Positions 38,006 to 50,975 of a stretch of DNA of 64,000 nucleotides are shown here, piece by piece. The notes under the pieces are model-generated. The model made no database searches. It was given only the letters and a program-made list of their open reading frames with translations, and was not told the origin of the DNA. This stretch comes from an uncultured Gemmatimonadales bacterium. Lineage in GTDB: Bacteria > Gemmatimonadota > Gemmatimonadetes > Gemmatimonadales > GWC2-71-9. Numbering within the stretch: the first letter of the stretch is position 1; each line of letters opens with the position of its first letter. The position numbers and the translations under genes are program-made. The stretch lies in the NCBI GenBank assembly GCA_963695555.1, contig CAVOGR010000001.1, forward strand, positions 512,001-576,000, written 5' to 3'.

Positions 38006-39859
38006 TCATTCCTCCCGCGCGGTACCGAGAATGTCGTGCTCGCCGCCCACCGGCTCGGCGTAGAGCGCCTCGACGCGCTCCGCGTAGCGCTGTTCGACGG
38101 CGCGGCGTTTGACCTTGAGGGTCGGCGTCATGAGCCCGTTCTCGACCGTGAAGTCCTCGCTGACCAGCAGCAGTTTCTTCGGCACCTCGAACTGCGCCAG
38201 ATCGCGGAGGCTTTTCTTGATTTCACCCTCCATCTTGTCCCCCACTTCACGAAGCGCTATTAGCGCGTCGTGATCCTCGGTGGGAATCCCTTGCGTGTCG
38301 GCCCACGCGGTGAGGGCGCCGAACTCCGGCACGACGAGCATGATGGGGTACCGCCGTCCGTCACCCAACATCACCGCATTCAACACGAAGCGGTTGGTTT
38401 TGAGGAGATTTTCGATCGGCTGCGGCGCGATGTTCTTGCCGCCCGATGTGACGATCAAATCTTTCTTCCGGTCGGTGATCTTCAAGTAGCCGTCGGCGTC
38501 GAGGTCGCCAATGTCGCCGGTGTGAAACCAGCCATCCGGCTCGAGAACCTCGGCCGTCGCCTCGGGCATCCGATAGTAGCCCCGCATCACACTGGGACCC
38601 CGGCAAAGAATCTCGCCATCTTGGGCGATCTTGACCTCCACGCCGACGATCGGCCGACCAACGGTCCCGAGCCTGGTATGCGCAAACGTGTTGACCGCAA
38701 TCACGGGCGATGTCTCGGTCAGGCCGTATCCCTCGAGAATCGGCAGGCCGGCCGCGTGGAAGAACCGCGCGATGTCGGCGGACAGGGGCGCACCCCCTGA
38801 CACGAAGAAGCGAATGCGCCCTCCGGTTCGTGCCCGGAGTTTGGCGAAGACCAGTTGGTCTGCGATCGCTTTCTTCACGGTGAGGGCCGTGGGAATGGGC
38901 TGCCCGCCCAACGACAGATCGACCCAGCGTTCCGCGGTCCGCTTTGCCCAGAAGAAGATGCGTCGCTTGAACGTGGAGCCTGACATGCCCGCCTCGACCA
39001 CGCGGGCATAGATCTTCTCGTACAGGCGGGGCACCGCCAGCATGACCGTCGGCCGGCGCTCGAGCATGTCGCTCGACACGGTGTCGATGCGCTCGGCGTA
39101 ATTGATCACCACCCCGGCGGCCATCATGCAATAATGACCGGCCATGCGCTCGAATACGTGCGAGAGTGGCAGAAAGGACAGACACTCGTCGGTCTCCCTC
39201 AGGTCCAGGGCCTGGAGCCCCGCCACGACGTTCTCCGTCAGGTTACCGTGGGTGAGCATGACCCCCTTGGGGTTTCCGGTCGTCCCGGAGGTATAAATGA
39301 GGGTCGCGAGGTCGTCCGGGGTGGCCGTGCGGGCTTGGGCTTCCCACTCCTGGGTGGAACCGGTCGCGGTGCCCCTCGCCATGAGGTCGTCGAACCCGAG
39401 CACGCCCTCGCCGGCAAGGTTTGGGTCGAATGCAATGACGTGCCGCAGGGTAGGGATGCGGTCGCGGATCTCGAGCACCTTGGCCAGCTGCTCGGTGTCC
39501 GAGACGAAGATTGCAACCGCACCAGAATCGGTGAGGATATACTCGACCTGCCGCGCGGGCAGGGTTGGATAAATCGGCACATCGGCGCAGCACGCCGTGA
39601 GACAGGCATAGTCGCCGATCGCCCATTCCGGCCTATTCCCGGAGAGGATGGCGATATGGGAGCCGGGCGTTATCCCGAGTGCCATCAACCCGCGGCTCGT
39701 CGCTTCGACATCGTGGCGCAGCTGTGCGTACGATCGTTCGACCCAACGCCCCCCTACCTTGGTGCGCATCGCGACGGGACGAGCGGCGTATCGCTCGATG
39801 CTCTGAAAGAAGAGATCGTTCAGTGTGGCTGGAGTAGGCGGCAATCGGCCTCCTGGCAA
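38006..39859 (-). CDS. Long-chain fatty acid-CoA ligase (AMP-binding)
   Basis: IYTSGTTGNPKG, EGYGLTE, WFHTGD, DRKKD, TPTLK. Confidence 0.95.
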   Translation of the reverse strand: MPGGRLPPTPATLNDLFFQSIERYAARPVAMRTKVGGRWVERSYAQLRHDVEATSRGLMALGITPGSHIAILSGNRPEWAIGDYACLTACCADVPIYPTLPARQVEYILTDSGAVAIFVSDTEQLAKVLEIRDRIPTLRHVIAFDPNLAGEGVLGFDDLMARGTATGSTQEWEAQARTATPDDLATLIYTSGTTGNPKGVMLTHGNLTENVVAGLQALDLRETDECLSFLPLSHVFERMAGHYCMMAAGVVINYAERIDTVSSDMLERRPTVMLAVPRLYEKIYARVVEAGMSGSTFKRRIFFWAKRTAERWVDLSLGGQPIPTALTVKKAIADQLVFAKLRARTGGRIRFFVSGGAPLSADIARFFHAAGLPILEGYGLTETSPVIAVNTFAHTRLGTVGRPIVGVEVKIAQDGEILCRGPSVMRGYYRMPEATAEVLEPDGWFHTGDIGDLDADGYLKITDRKKDLIVTSGGKNIAPQPIENLLKTNRFVLNAVMLGDGRRYPIMLVVPEFGALTAWADTQGIPTEDHDALIALREVGDKMEGEIKKSLRDLAQFEVPKKLLLVSEDFTVENGLMTPTLKVKRRAVEQRYAERVEALYAEPVGGEHDILGTAREE

Positions 39860-39914
39860 TGAAGGGCCGGGCTCCGTACCAACAGGCCGACCGTGGACTT
39901 CGATTCCAAGGTTG

Positions 39915-40628
39915 TCAGGGCTCGATCCGGACTATGAAGCGCTGGCCCGAACCGGGCACCGGCACCGTGCCCCGGGTCCGGAACGCCCGCACCTCGACGA
40001 TGGCGCTGTCCGGTTGCGCAACGCCCGGTACACGGCTCAAGGTCACTGCCGGACTCGGCATCCCGTCCGATCCGGTCGTCACGGTATCCAGTACCACACC
40101 GCCCGGCAACTCCACGGTTCGGTCCGCCGGAGTCGGAAACACTGGTTCGATGATCTCGTAGATGATGGTCCCACCCGTGACGGTGGCGGTATCGTTTCCG
40201 GAATAGGTATTCAGCTGGGTTGCGAGCGCCGGCGACGTGTTGTCGCCAGTGGCGATGCGGAGCGTATCAGGTCCAACGACCGCGAGCGTGTCGGGCCGGG
40301 CCATGACCGATACCGTCACGAAATTCGAGGCAAGACTCCCTACCTGTGCTTGGACCCGGCCGGTTCCGGGCCCCACCAGCCCGGTCACAATGCCCAACGT
40401 GCTGTCCACGGCCACGGTGGTATCCGGCGTGCGCCAGACGATCGGAGCTGATGCAACCTCGTTGCCATCCCGGTCGAGCGCCCTGGCCGTCAGGTGGAGG
40501 GTATCACCAACTTCGACGGACGGGCTGACGGGTGCCAGGACCTCGAGGGAGATGACACCGTTGCTCTCGGTGATGTTGCTGCAGGCGAGGAGTACGGCGG
40601 TCAGACAGAGATAGGGCTGAGGCCTCAC
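39915..40628 (-). CDS. Ig-like (Big_2-type) domain lipoprotein
   Basis: Lipobox LLAC after GTG 40628; VGDTLHLTARALD...W...VAVDS.G.VTG pattern. Confidence 0.7.
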   Translation of the reverse strand: MRPQPYLCLTAVLLACSNITESNGVISLEVLAPVSPSVEVGDTLHLTARALDRDGNEVASAPIVWRTPDTTVAVDSTLGIVTGLVGPGTGRVQAQVGSLASNFVTVSVMARPDTLAVVGPDTLRIATGDNTSPALATQLNTYSGNDTATVTGGTIIYEIIEPVFPTPADRTVELPGGVVLDTVTTGSDGMPSPAVTLSRVPGVAQPDSAIVEVRAFRTRGTVPVPGSGQRFIVRIEP

Positions 40629-41071
40629 GACATTTCCGCTGCGGTCGGCGCGGCCTCGATTCGTCTCAGCGTGTTCTCCGCGTGCTGGATCCAGCGCTCG
40701 GCGTCGGGGCCCCTGGGGGGGTTCCCGAGGAATGCCCGAAGGTGAGACGTGGCTTGCCCCGTCTCGCCGCGCTTGAGCAGGAGGAACGCTACCCCGTAAT
40801 GGGCGCCTACCAAGGTCGGGTCGTGCCCCAGCGCCTTCCGGTAATGCCGGATGGCCTCCTCCGGTTGCCCCGTCTTGGTGAAGGCGATGGCCATGTTCTG
40901 GAGAATCCTGAGATCCGACGGATTGTCTCGGAGCGCGAGGCGGTACGAGGTGAGCGCCGCCTCGTAGTCTCCTTGTCGCTCCAGCGCGAGGGCTTCGTTC
41001 AGGTAGTCGAGGCGCTGGGGCCGAAGGGTCCTGCGGCCGCTGCGCCCAAACAGCCGATGCCAGAAACTCAT
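40625..41071 (-). CDS. TPR-repeat protein
   Basis: Three TPR-like helical pairs; start MSFWHRLFG. Confidence 0.85.
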   Translation of the reverse strand: MSFWHRLFGRSGRRTLRPQRLDYLNEALALERQGDYEAALTSYRLALRDNPSDLRILQNMAIAFTKTGQPEEAIRHYRKALGHDPTLVGAHYGVAFLLLKRGETGQATSHLRAFLGNPPRGPDAERWIQHAENTLRRIEAAPTAAEMS

Positions 41072-41220
41072 CGACAGCGGCCCGGCCCAATAGGGTGGGA
41101 GACGTAAGTCTGCATTAGTCATTAAGATAGTAAGAACCGCCCGAGGCCCGCAACGCGGTTGCCGCGGCCAGGGGGCCCGACTAGCTTCGAGAAGCCAGCA
41201 TCCTCACGGAGACCACCAGC

Positions 41221-41733
41221 GTGTGCCCCACTTCAGATAGCTCGCGCGGGATCATGGAAGTCGATTGGCCGTTCTTCGGAGAGGTCTGCCGAGCCCTGGC
41301 CCTCAAGGTGAGCCGAGAGTATGACCCCGAGGTCGTTCTTGGCATCGCCAAACCAGGGGTCATTCCCGGAGTGGTCGTCGCCTCGATCCTCCAGCGCGAT
41401 TTTGCCTCGATGGCGCTGACCCGGCATGAGCCGGGCGCACCGCCACAGCTCGTTGCCGGCCCGCCCGCCAGCGTGCGTGGGCGCCGCGTCCTTTTGGTCG
41501 ATGAAACCTGTAACAGCGGTGACACGATCAAGTTGGCCCTGAACGAGGTCGCGGCGCTGAATCCCAAAGAGATCCGGACCGCGGTATCGTTCCGGACCGG
41601 CCCGTATGAGCCGGACTTCTATGCCTTCGAGACGGACAAGCTCATCCTCTTGCCGTGGGACCGGGAGATCATCGAAGGCGATCAGTTGGTGCTCCGTCCT
41701 GAATATGCCCACCTGATCCAGGGCGGCAGCTAG
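41221..41733 (+). CDS. Type I phosphoribosyltransferase
   Basis: PRPP loop VLLVDETCNSGDT, GIAKPG, LPWD. Confidence 0.88.
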   Translation: MCPTSDSSRGIMEVDWPFFGEVCRALALKVSREYDPEVVLGIAKPGVIPGVVVASILQRDFASMALTRHEPGAPPQLVAGPPASVRGRRVLLVDETCNSGDTIKLALNEVAALNPKEIRTAVSFRTGPYEPDFYAFETDKLILLPWDREIIEGDQLVLRPEYAHLIQGGS

Positions 41734-41751
41734 CCAATCGGTCACCGCCGG

Positions 41752-43509
41752 TCAGTCCGCAACCTGAAACACGGTACTCCCGCCGACGACGGTCCGCAGG
41801 ACTCCGGTCTGGTATATCTGGTCTACCGGAACCTCCATGATGTTCCTGTCCAGTACCACGAAGTCCGCAAACTTGCCTGGTGTGAGTGAGCCGGTGTCCT
41901 TCTCCATGAAGGCGGCCATCGCCGGCCAGAGCGTCACGCTGTACAGCGCCTCTTCACGCGACGTGCGCTGAGCCGCGAACCAGCCGCCGGGCGGCCAGCC
42001 ATCTCGATCTTGCCTCGACACAAATGCCGCGAACGAGATGAGGGGATTGACGAATTCCACCGGGAAGTCAGATCCGTTTGGAATGATCACTCCACTGTCG
42101 AGCAGGCTGCGCCAGGCATAGGCGCCGATCGCACGGGCATAGCCCAGGCGGTCGACGGCCCAGTACATATCGCTCGTTTGATGGCTTCCCTGCATGGCGG
42201 GGATGACGCCAAGGCGGGCAAATCGGGGGATGTCCTCGGGACTCAGGATTTGGGCGTGCTCGATGCGAAACCGGTGGTCGGCGGTGGGGTGCTCACGGAG
42301 CGCGTCTTCGAAGGCATCCAGGACGGCCCGGTTGGCACCGTCACCGATGGCATGGACATTCAACTGAAATCCGTGAGCCAGGGCGAGGGTGGCGACACGC
42401 TGCAGGCTGTCACGCGAGGCGAGCAGCAGGCCACGCGTGGCCGGCTCGTCGGTGTACGGCGCGAGCAGGAACGCCCCCCGGCTGCCCAACGCCCCGTCCG
42501 CCGAGACTTTGATCGAGCGTATCCAGAGCCGATCGTACAGGCCGAGCTGGGGCCCCTGGCGCAGTAGGCGAGTGAGCGCGGAGTCGGCCGCGCTGAGCAT
42601 GACGTAGTTGCGGAGCGAATACCGGCCTGCTTTGGCCAACGACCGATACACCGCAATGGTATCCGCTCCCACGCCCGCGTCATGGATGCCGGTCAGGCCG
42701 TTCTGGTTGGCCGTGCGAATCGCGAGAAGGATGCGTTCCTCCAGCTCCCGCGGCGTTGGGGGAGGGATCACCCGCCGCACCAGCTCCATCGCATTGTCCT
42801 CGAGCAGCACGCCGGTCGGGGTGCCATCGGGGTTTCGGAAGATGCTCCCCCCTCGGGGATCGGGTGTATCCCGGGTGATGCCGGCACGCTGGAGCGCCGC
42901 GGCGTTCGCCAGCGCCGCATGACCGTCGATGCGACGAAGGTAGACTGGGTGATCCGGGACGGCTTGGGACAAGGGCTCGAGCGTCGGCATGGCCGTGACG
43001 TTCCAGTCGTTCTGGTCCCATCCGCGGCCTTCGATCCACCTGCCGGGAGGCAGGTCCCGGGCACGCTCGACGACCCGGGCGATCACTTCGTCATACGATC
43101 GCGTGCCCACCAGGTCCACCGTCCGGAGAGCGGTTCCCAGGCTGACCAGATGGGCATGGGCATCGACCATCCCGGGGATGACCGTGGCCCCGCCCAAGTC
43201 CCACACGTCGGTCCCTGGCCCCACGAGAGCCTCGGCCTCGAGCCGGCTCCCCACAAAGGCCAGGCGCCCCTGGGCGACGGCCAGCGCCTCGGCGCGCGGC
43301 CTGCCGGGGTCGGCGGTATATATCCTGGCGTTGAGCACCACGAGGTCGGCTGTATGGGCGCGGTCCTGCGCCGCGAGCTGGCCCCCAGTGAGCCCGGCCA
43401 AGGCGAGCAGCATCGCGGGGATGGAACGGCCGCCGCGCCGTGCCATTCCAACCATTGGAGTGCTTTTGCCATCTAACTGCTCGAATACCAACTGAGGAGT
43501 CCGTGTCAT
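41752..43509 (-). CDS. Amidohydrolase 3 family (YtcJ-like), secreted
   Basis: PGMVDAHAH, DGH, DGALGSRGA, HAIGD, RIEHAQ, GSDFPVE, GSLTPGKFADFVVL. True start probably somewhat downstream of 43509. Confidence 0.92.
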   Translation of the reverse strand: MTRTPQLVFEQLDGKSTPMVGMARRGGRSIPAMLLALAGLTGGQLAAQDRAHTADLVVLNARIYTADPGRPRAEALAVAQGRLAFVGSRLEAEALVGPGTDVWDLGGATVIPGMVDAHAHLVSLGTALRTVDLVGTRSYDEVIARVVERARDLPPGRWIEGRGWDQNDWNVTAMPTLEPLSQAVPDHPVYLRRIDGHAALANAAALQRAGITRDTPDPRGGSIFRNPDGTPTGVLLEDNAMELVRRVIPPPTPRELEERILLAIRTANQNGLTGIHDAGVGADTIAVYRSLAKAGRYSLRNYVMLSAADSALTRLLRQGPQLGLYDRLWIRSIKVSADGALGSRGAFLLAPYTDEPATRGLLLASRDSLQRVATLALAHGFQLNVHAIGDGANRAVLDAFEDALREHPTADHRFRIEHAQILSPEDIPRFARLGVIPAMQGSHQTSDMYWAVDRLGYARAIGAYAWRSLLDSGVIIPNGSDFPVEFVNPLISFAAFVSRQDRDGWPPGGWFAAQRTSREEALYSVTLWPAMAAFMEKDTGSLTPGKFADFVVLDRNIMEVPVDQIYQTGVLRTVVGGSTVFQVAD

Positions 43510-44575
43510 GTCGAGTATCCGTCAATGTCTCGGTGTGGTTGTCCTCGGCGCGCTGGGCGCCCATTTCACCCTCGAGGCTCAAGCGCCTGAACGTCACCTC
43601 GTTTCAGGTGAGGCGGTCGCAATCTACAATCTGGTGGGCCGCGTGACGGTTACCGGCGGCGGGGGATCGGACGTCGCCATCGAGGTGAGTCGTCGCGGTT
43701 CCGACGCAGGCCGACTCGCGGTCGAAACCGGCGCCATCGAACGTGATGGCGGCCGGTGGCAGTCGTTGCGTGTCGTCTATCCATCCGACCGAATCGTCGC
43801 CCCGAGCCTGGGAACCCGGTCGCGAACCTCTCTGAAGGTACGGCGAGACGGCACCTTTGGCGATGGCGGTCGGGACCGAGGAAACGAGGTCGTGATCGCC
43901 GGATCCGGCAGCGGTATGAACGCCGCCGCGGATCTCGCGGTCGCCATCCCTCCGGGGAAGCGCGTGGGGCTCTACCTGGCCGTGGGCGAAGTGACGGTGA
44001 CCAATGTGAAGGGCGATCTTCGGATCGATGTCGCGAGCGCGCCGGTTACCGTGTCCGGCGTGACCGGGAGCCTTACCGTCGATGCCGGCTCCGGCGCGGT
44101 CGATGTCCGCACCATCGAAGGTGAGCTGTCGGTGGATACGGGATCGGGCGAAGTCGTCGCGCTCGGGGTTCGCGGGCCCCGCCTGGTTGTCGAGACCGGG
44201 TCGGGAGGATTTCAGGGGTCCGGAATCACCACCCAATCGGTGAATGTGGAATCGGGGTCGGGCGATGTTTCGCTGTCGGACGTGGGGGCGGCGAGCGTCT
44301 CTATCGAAGCCGGGAGCGGTGAGGTGACCCTCGCGATGACGCAGGCACCCGATAATCTGACTATTGAAACCGGATCGGGGGATGTGGAGATTCGCGTACC
44401 CGGAGACCTAAGCGCGCAAGTCGATTTCGAAACAGGCAGCGGAGACATCGAGACGGATTTCCCCGTCACGATTCGCAAGTACAGTCGGGACAGCGTCCGT
44501 GGCCAGATTGGCGATGGGAAGGGTCGGATTCAGGTCGAGACGGGCTCAGGCGATATCCGGCTCCTCAGGAGCTGA
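43508..44575 (+). CDS. DUF4097-like beta-strand repeat secreted protein
   Basis: Signal peptide and many (V/I)ETGSG(D/E)V repeats. Confidence 0.85.
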   Translation: MSSIRQCLGVVVLGALGAHFTLEAQAPERHLVSGEAVAIYNLVGRVTVTGGGGSDVAIEVSRRGSDAGRLAVETGAIERDGGRWQSLRVVYPSDRIVAPSLGTRSRTSLKVRRDGTFGDGGRDRGNEVVIAGSGSGMNAAADLAVAIPPGKRVGLYLAVGEVTVTNVKGDLRIDVASAPVTVSGVTGSLTVDAGSGAVDVRTIEGELSVDTGSGEVVALGVRGPRLVVETGSGGFQGSGITTQSVNVESGSGDVSLSDVGAASVSIEAGSGEVTLAMTQAPDNLTIETGSGDVEIRVPGDLSAQVDFETGSGDIETDFPVTIRKYSRDSVRGQIGDGKGRIQVETGSGDIRLLRS

Positions 44576-45136
44576 CGCCTCCCACGATCGGGCGGCCTCG
44601 GTGTAACTCGCGCCCTGGACCATCCGATTGTAGACGACGGCGAGACTGTCCGGCGAGCCCACGAGGAATCGGCACCGGTCGTCTCCGCGGGATCGGCACT
44701 CGACTTCCATGACGGCAACGGGTTCGCCGGACATCCGGCCGAGAAAGTCGGACAGCAATCCGCTGGTGAGATGACAGGACGGGTATTGACCGCCGCCTTC
44801 CGGCGCGGCTTCCGCCCAGTCGTCGGAATCGAGCGCCAACACTGCGGCGGAGAGCGGCGTGGACCGCAACGACCCCCAGCCGAACTCGCCGAAATGAGCG
44901 GAGAGCGCTTCGCTCAGGAACGCCAAGTCCAGGTCGGCCGGTGAATCAACCTGGTACACATCGCGCACCCGGCTGACGAACGCATTGTAGAGGTCCTCGC
45001 CGGAGGCAAACCCCGCCTCCTGCAGGTAGGCCGCGGTCTGCAGCCCGTTGTCTCGCTCCAGGCTGGAGCGTAGCACATGGAAGGCTCGACTGCTCAGGCC
45101 GACGCAATGGTGCCGAGGCAAGAGAGATGCGTTCAT
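44546..45136 (-). CDS. V4R (4-vinyl reductase) domain protein
   Basis: FGWG, PSCH..SG, MEVECRSRGDDRCRF. Confidence 0.88.
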   Translation of the reverse strand: MNASLLPRHHCVGLSSRAFHVLRSSLERDNGLQTAAYLQEAGFASGEDLYNAFVSRVRDVYQVDSPADLDLAFLSEALSAHFGEFGWGSLRSTPLSAAVLALDSDDWAEAAPEGGGQYPSCHLTSGLLSDFLGRMSGEPVAVMEVECRSRGDDRCRFLVGSPDSLAVVYNRMVQGASYTEAARSWEASAPEEPDIA

Positions 45137-45166
45137 GGGTGTCTTTCGGGCTCAGGTTGCCGTAAG

Positions 45167-47973
<2,807 letters not shown>

Positions 47974-48145
47974 GTGATGGAGTCCGGGACAGGGGTCATG
48001 GGATGCCTAGAATGTCGCGAGAGACCCCGAAGGGGTCAAGCGCGTTTCGTTTGGATCGGGAAGCCGCTAGCTTCCAGGAGGCGCGGTGGTGCCACCTGGT
48101 ACACACCCGGCAATTGGCGATTCACCTGGGCATTTGGAGGGGGTA

Positions 48146-48517
48146 ATGTCACGCAAACGCGATGGGTCCTACCCGGACGACGAGGAGTTCGAGGACGAAG
48201 CGGAGTTCGTCGAAGAAGAGACCTATCCTCGGGTCGCGGCCGGTTTCGCCGCCGGGATTGTGCTTGGCGCGCTGGTCGGGGCGACGGTCGCGGTGTTGTT
48301 CGCGCCCGACAAGGGCTCGCGCACACGGCGCCGGATCGGGCGCGGCGTCAGGGACCTCAGGGAACGGGCCGAGGACAAGATCGACCATGTGCGCGAAGAT
48401 GCCGGGCGAGAGCTGGGGCGCCAGCGGCGGAAGATCCGCGGGGCGGTGTCCCGCACCAGTGGCCGGGCGCGGGACATCATCGACGACGTCATGGAGGCCA
48501 GCCCCCTGTCGCGTTAG
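48146..48517 (+). CDS. YtxH-domain protein
   Basis: GIVLGALVGATVAVLFAPDKGSRTR; GGAGG RBS. Confidence 0.88.
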   Translation: MSRKRDGSYPDDEEFEDEAEFVEEETYPRVAAGFAAGIVLGALVGATVAVLFAPDKGSRTRRRIGRGVRDLRERAEDKIDHVREDAGRELGRQRRKIRGAVSRTSGRARDIIDDVMEASPLSR

Positions 48518-49299
48518 CGCCGCTCGGGGGAATTGATGCCAGCGAGGAGTGCGGTAGCGTCTGCCCGGTAGCTCGGATCCATGTAATCGGTGGTGGGCAG
48601 TGTGGGAATGATCTCCAACTGCGCGGTGGCTTCGGCGTAGCGGCTGCGCTCCACCAAGAGCTCCGCCAGCTTCAGGCGATGGTAGATGTAGGTTGGGTTG
48701 AACTTGACGGCCTGCTCGAGATTCTCCACTGCGCCGTCCCACGACGCCAGGCTGAAAAATTTGGCGCCGAACACGTTCTTGGCCCAAAACCGCTCGAACC
48801 CCGACAGGCGCATGATCTCCCAGTGCCAGCGGCCCAGGACGTGGTAGGCGCCGTCATGCTCGGGGTCGAGTTCGAGGGCCTTGAGTGCCTCGACGCGAAT
48901 GGTTCTGGCCAACATGACCCGCTCCCTGACGTCCTTGGTGAGTGACGTTCGCCCAATCGCCAAGGCCAGCACATAATGGCCTTGCGGGTCCAGGTTCTCG
49001 AGTTCAACTGCTCGCCGGGCCAATCGTTCGGCTTCAAAATACAGCGAATCGCGCCACCGGCTCTTCTCCTCGTCCGGGATGCGCTTGCCGATGTTGAGGA
49101 GGGCAAATGCTGCGCGCCAGGTCGCCTGGTAACTGAGGGAATCCAGCGCGAGGGCCGCCTGGTAGTGCCGGAGCGCCGCTTCGGGATCCATCCCTTCCGG
49201 AGCGGCGATCCCGAGCGCGATGTGCTCGGTGGCAGTCAGTGGCGGGCTCTGGGCCTGAACGGGCGTCCACAGGAGCAGAGCCACTGCTAGGTTTGTCAT
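48514..49299 (-). CDS. Secreted TPR-like helical protein
   Basis: Signal peptide, TPR-like helices (ALELDPEH..AYHVLG). Confidence 0.75.
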   Translation of the reverse strand: MTNLAVALLLWTPVQAQSPPLTATEHIALGIAAPEGMDPEAALRHYQAALALDSLSYQATWRAAFALLNIGKRIPDEEKSRWRDSLYFEAERLARRAVELENLDPQGHYVLALAIGRTSLTKDVRERVMLARTIRVEALKALELDPEHDGAYHVLGRWHWEIMRLSGFERFWAKNVFGAKFFSLASWDGAVENLEQAVKFNPTYIYHRLKLAELLVERSRYAEATAQLEIIPTLPTTDYMDPSYRADATALLAGINSPERR

Positions 49300-49364
49300 C
49301 AGATGGCAAGTGCCGTTCACGTTCATTTATCAATACTAATCGAGCACGCGAGGGAACCACGAGG

Positions 49365-50702
49365 GTGCAGGTACCCACACTCATTGAACGGAAGCGAAAC
49401 GGCGAGGCCCTTTCGGCGGACGAGTGGGCGGAACTCATCACGGCCTATACTGGCGGTCGGATTCCCGATTATCAAATGGCCGCTTTCCTCATGGCGGTGT
49501 GGTTTCGTGGATTGACCGACAGCGAGCTGCTGACGCTCACCGCCCTGATGCGCGACTCGGGAGACCGACTCCACTTCCGGGATCTTGGCCTTTCCGTGGT
49601 CGACAAGCACTCCACCGGCGGCGTTGGCGACAAGACGTCACTCATCCTCGCGCCGATGGTAGCATCGTGCGGGGTTGCTGTTCCCATGATTTCCGGGCGC
49701 GGCCTCGGGCACACCGGAGGCACCGTCGACAAGCTGGAGTCCATCCCCGGCTTCCGCACCGATCTGTCGCTCCGCCAAGCCGAGGCACAGGTCCGTCGCC
49801 TCGGATGTGCCATGATCGGCCAAACCGGCGAGATCGCACCGGCCGACAAGAAGATCTACGGATTGCGCGACGTAACGGCGACGATCGATTCGATCCCGCT
49901 GATTGCCGCGAGTATCATGTCGAAGAAGCTGGCCGAGGGCCTGACCGGCCTCGTACTCGATGTAAAGACCGGGGCAGGGGCCTTCATGCCCGATCTACCG
50001 AGATCCACCGAGCTGGCGCAGACCATGATCGCGATCGGTCAGGCGCACCAGTGCCCCACCATCGCCCTCCTCACGACCATGGATCATCCACTGGGCATGG
50101 CGGCCGGCAACGCCCTCGAAGTGAAGGAATGCATCGAGGCCATGCGGGGTGAGGGCCCGCCCGATCTCATGGAGGTGACCTACGCTTTGGGGGTCGCCAT
50201 GCTCCAGGTCGGCGGCGTGGAGCGAGATGCCGCCGCGGCGCGCTCGCGTCTCGAAGCTGCCATCGATTCGGGACGAGCCGCGGCCCTCTTTGCCGAGATC
50301 ATTGCGGCACAAGGCGGCAACCCGGCGGTCGTCGATGATCCCTCGTTGCTGCCCCACGCGGCGGTCCAGGGGGTATTCGAAGCCCCCGAAGACGGTGTGG
50401 TGCGCCGGATCGAGCCCCGCCCCATTGGTCGCGGCATCGCTTCGCTCGGAGGCGGCCGGTTCGCGATGGATGACGTGCTCGACCACGGCGTCGGGTTTGT
50501 GATCACGGTCAAGCCGGGCGATCGAGTCGAGCGAGGCCAACCCATCGCTACGATTCACGCCAAGCATGACACCGACCTCAAGGTCGGCCGCGCAATCCTT
50601 CGCTCCGCCATCTCGTTTGGCGAAACGGCAAGCGCAATTCCACTCATCTCCCACCGGATCACGGCAGAAGGCGTCGAGTCCTGGCCCGGGTCTCCGGCAT
50701 GA
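49365..50702 (+). CDS. pdp: Pyrimidine-nucleoside/thymidine phosphorylase
   Basis: DKHSTGGVGDK, SGRGLGHTGGT.DKLESIPG, SIMSKK, DVKTG.GAF; GTG start at 49365. Confidence 0.95.
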   Translation: MQVPTLIERKRNGEALSADEWAELITAYTGGRIPDYQMAAFLMAVWFRGLTDSELLTLTALMRDSGDRLHFRDLGLSVVDKHSTGGVGDKTSLILAPMVASCGVAVPMISGRGLGHTGGTVDKLESIPGFRTDLSLRQAEAQVRRLGCAMIGQTGEIAPADKKIYGLRDVTATIDSIPLIAASIMSKKLAEGLTGLVLDVKTGAGAFMPDLPRSTELAQTMIAIGQAHQCPTIALLTTMDHPLGMAAGNALEVKECIEAMRGEGPPDLMEVTYALGVAMLQVGGVERDAAAARSRLEAAIDSGRAAALFAEIIAAQGGNPAVVDDPSLLPHAAVQGVFEAPEDGVVRRIEPRPIGRGIASLGGGRFAMDDVLDHGVGFVITVKPGDRVERGQPIATIHAKHDTDLKVGRAILRSAISFGETASAIPLISHRITAEGVESWPGSPA

Positions 50703-50932
50703 GCCTCGGCGCCATCCTCGGCCTCATCGGATTCGTGGGGCTCCTCCTCTGGCTGGTCCGCCGCGGCGAAGAACCGGGCACGAGTAGAGCCCGTCGAGCG
50801 CACCGATCGCAGGATGTCGATCGGGAAGTCCTCGAAGCGGCCGAGCAGGAAGTCCGGGACCTGGGCCGCGATGTGAGCCCGGAAGATGGTTTCGTGGGCG
50901 ATGATTGGGGTCCCGGAGCGCCCAGGCCCTGA
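50699..50932 (+). CDS. Small membrane-anchored hypothetical protein
   Basis: N-terminal TM helix; ATGA overlap with pdp. Confidence 0.6.
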   Translation: MSLGAILGLIGFVGLLLWLVRRGEEPGTSRARRAHRSQDVDREVLEAAEQEVRDLGRDVSPEDGFVGDDWGPGAPRP

Positions 50933-50975
50933 TGATCAGCCTTAACAGCACCGCCATGGGTCACTAACTTCCAGC

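Noticed and set aside
44080..44560. Repeated GAxACCGGxTCGGG-like DNA motifs resembling a repeat array
   Set aside because: They encode the ETGSG protein repeats of the DUF4097 gene; not CRISPR or a DNA repeat element.
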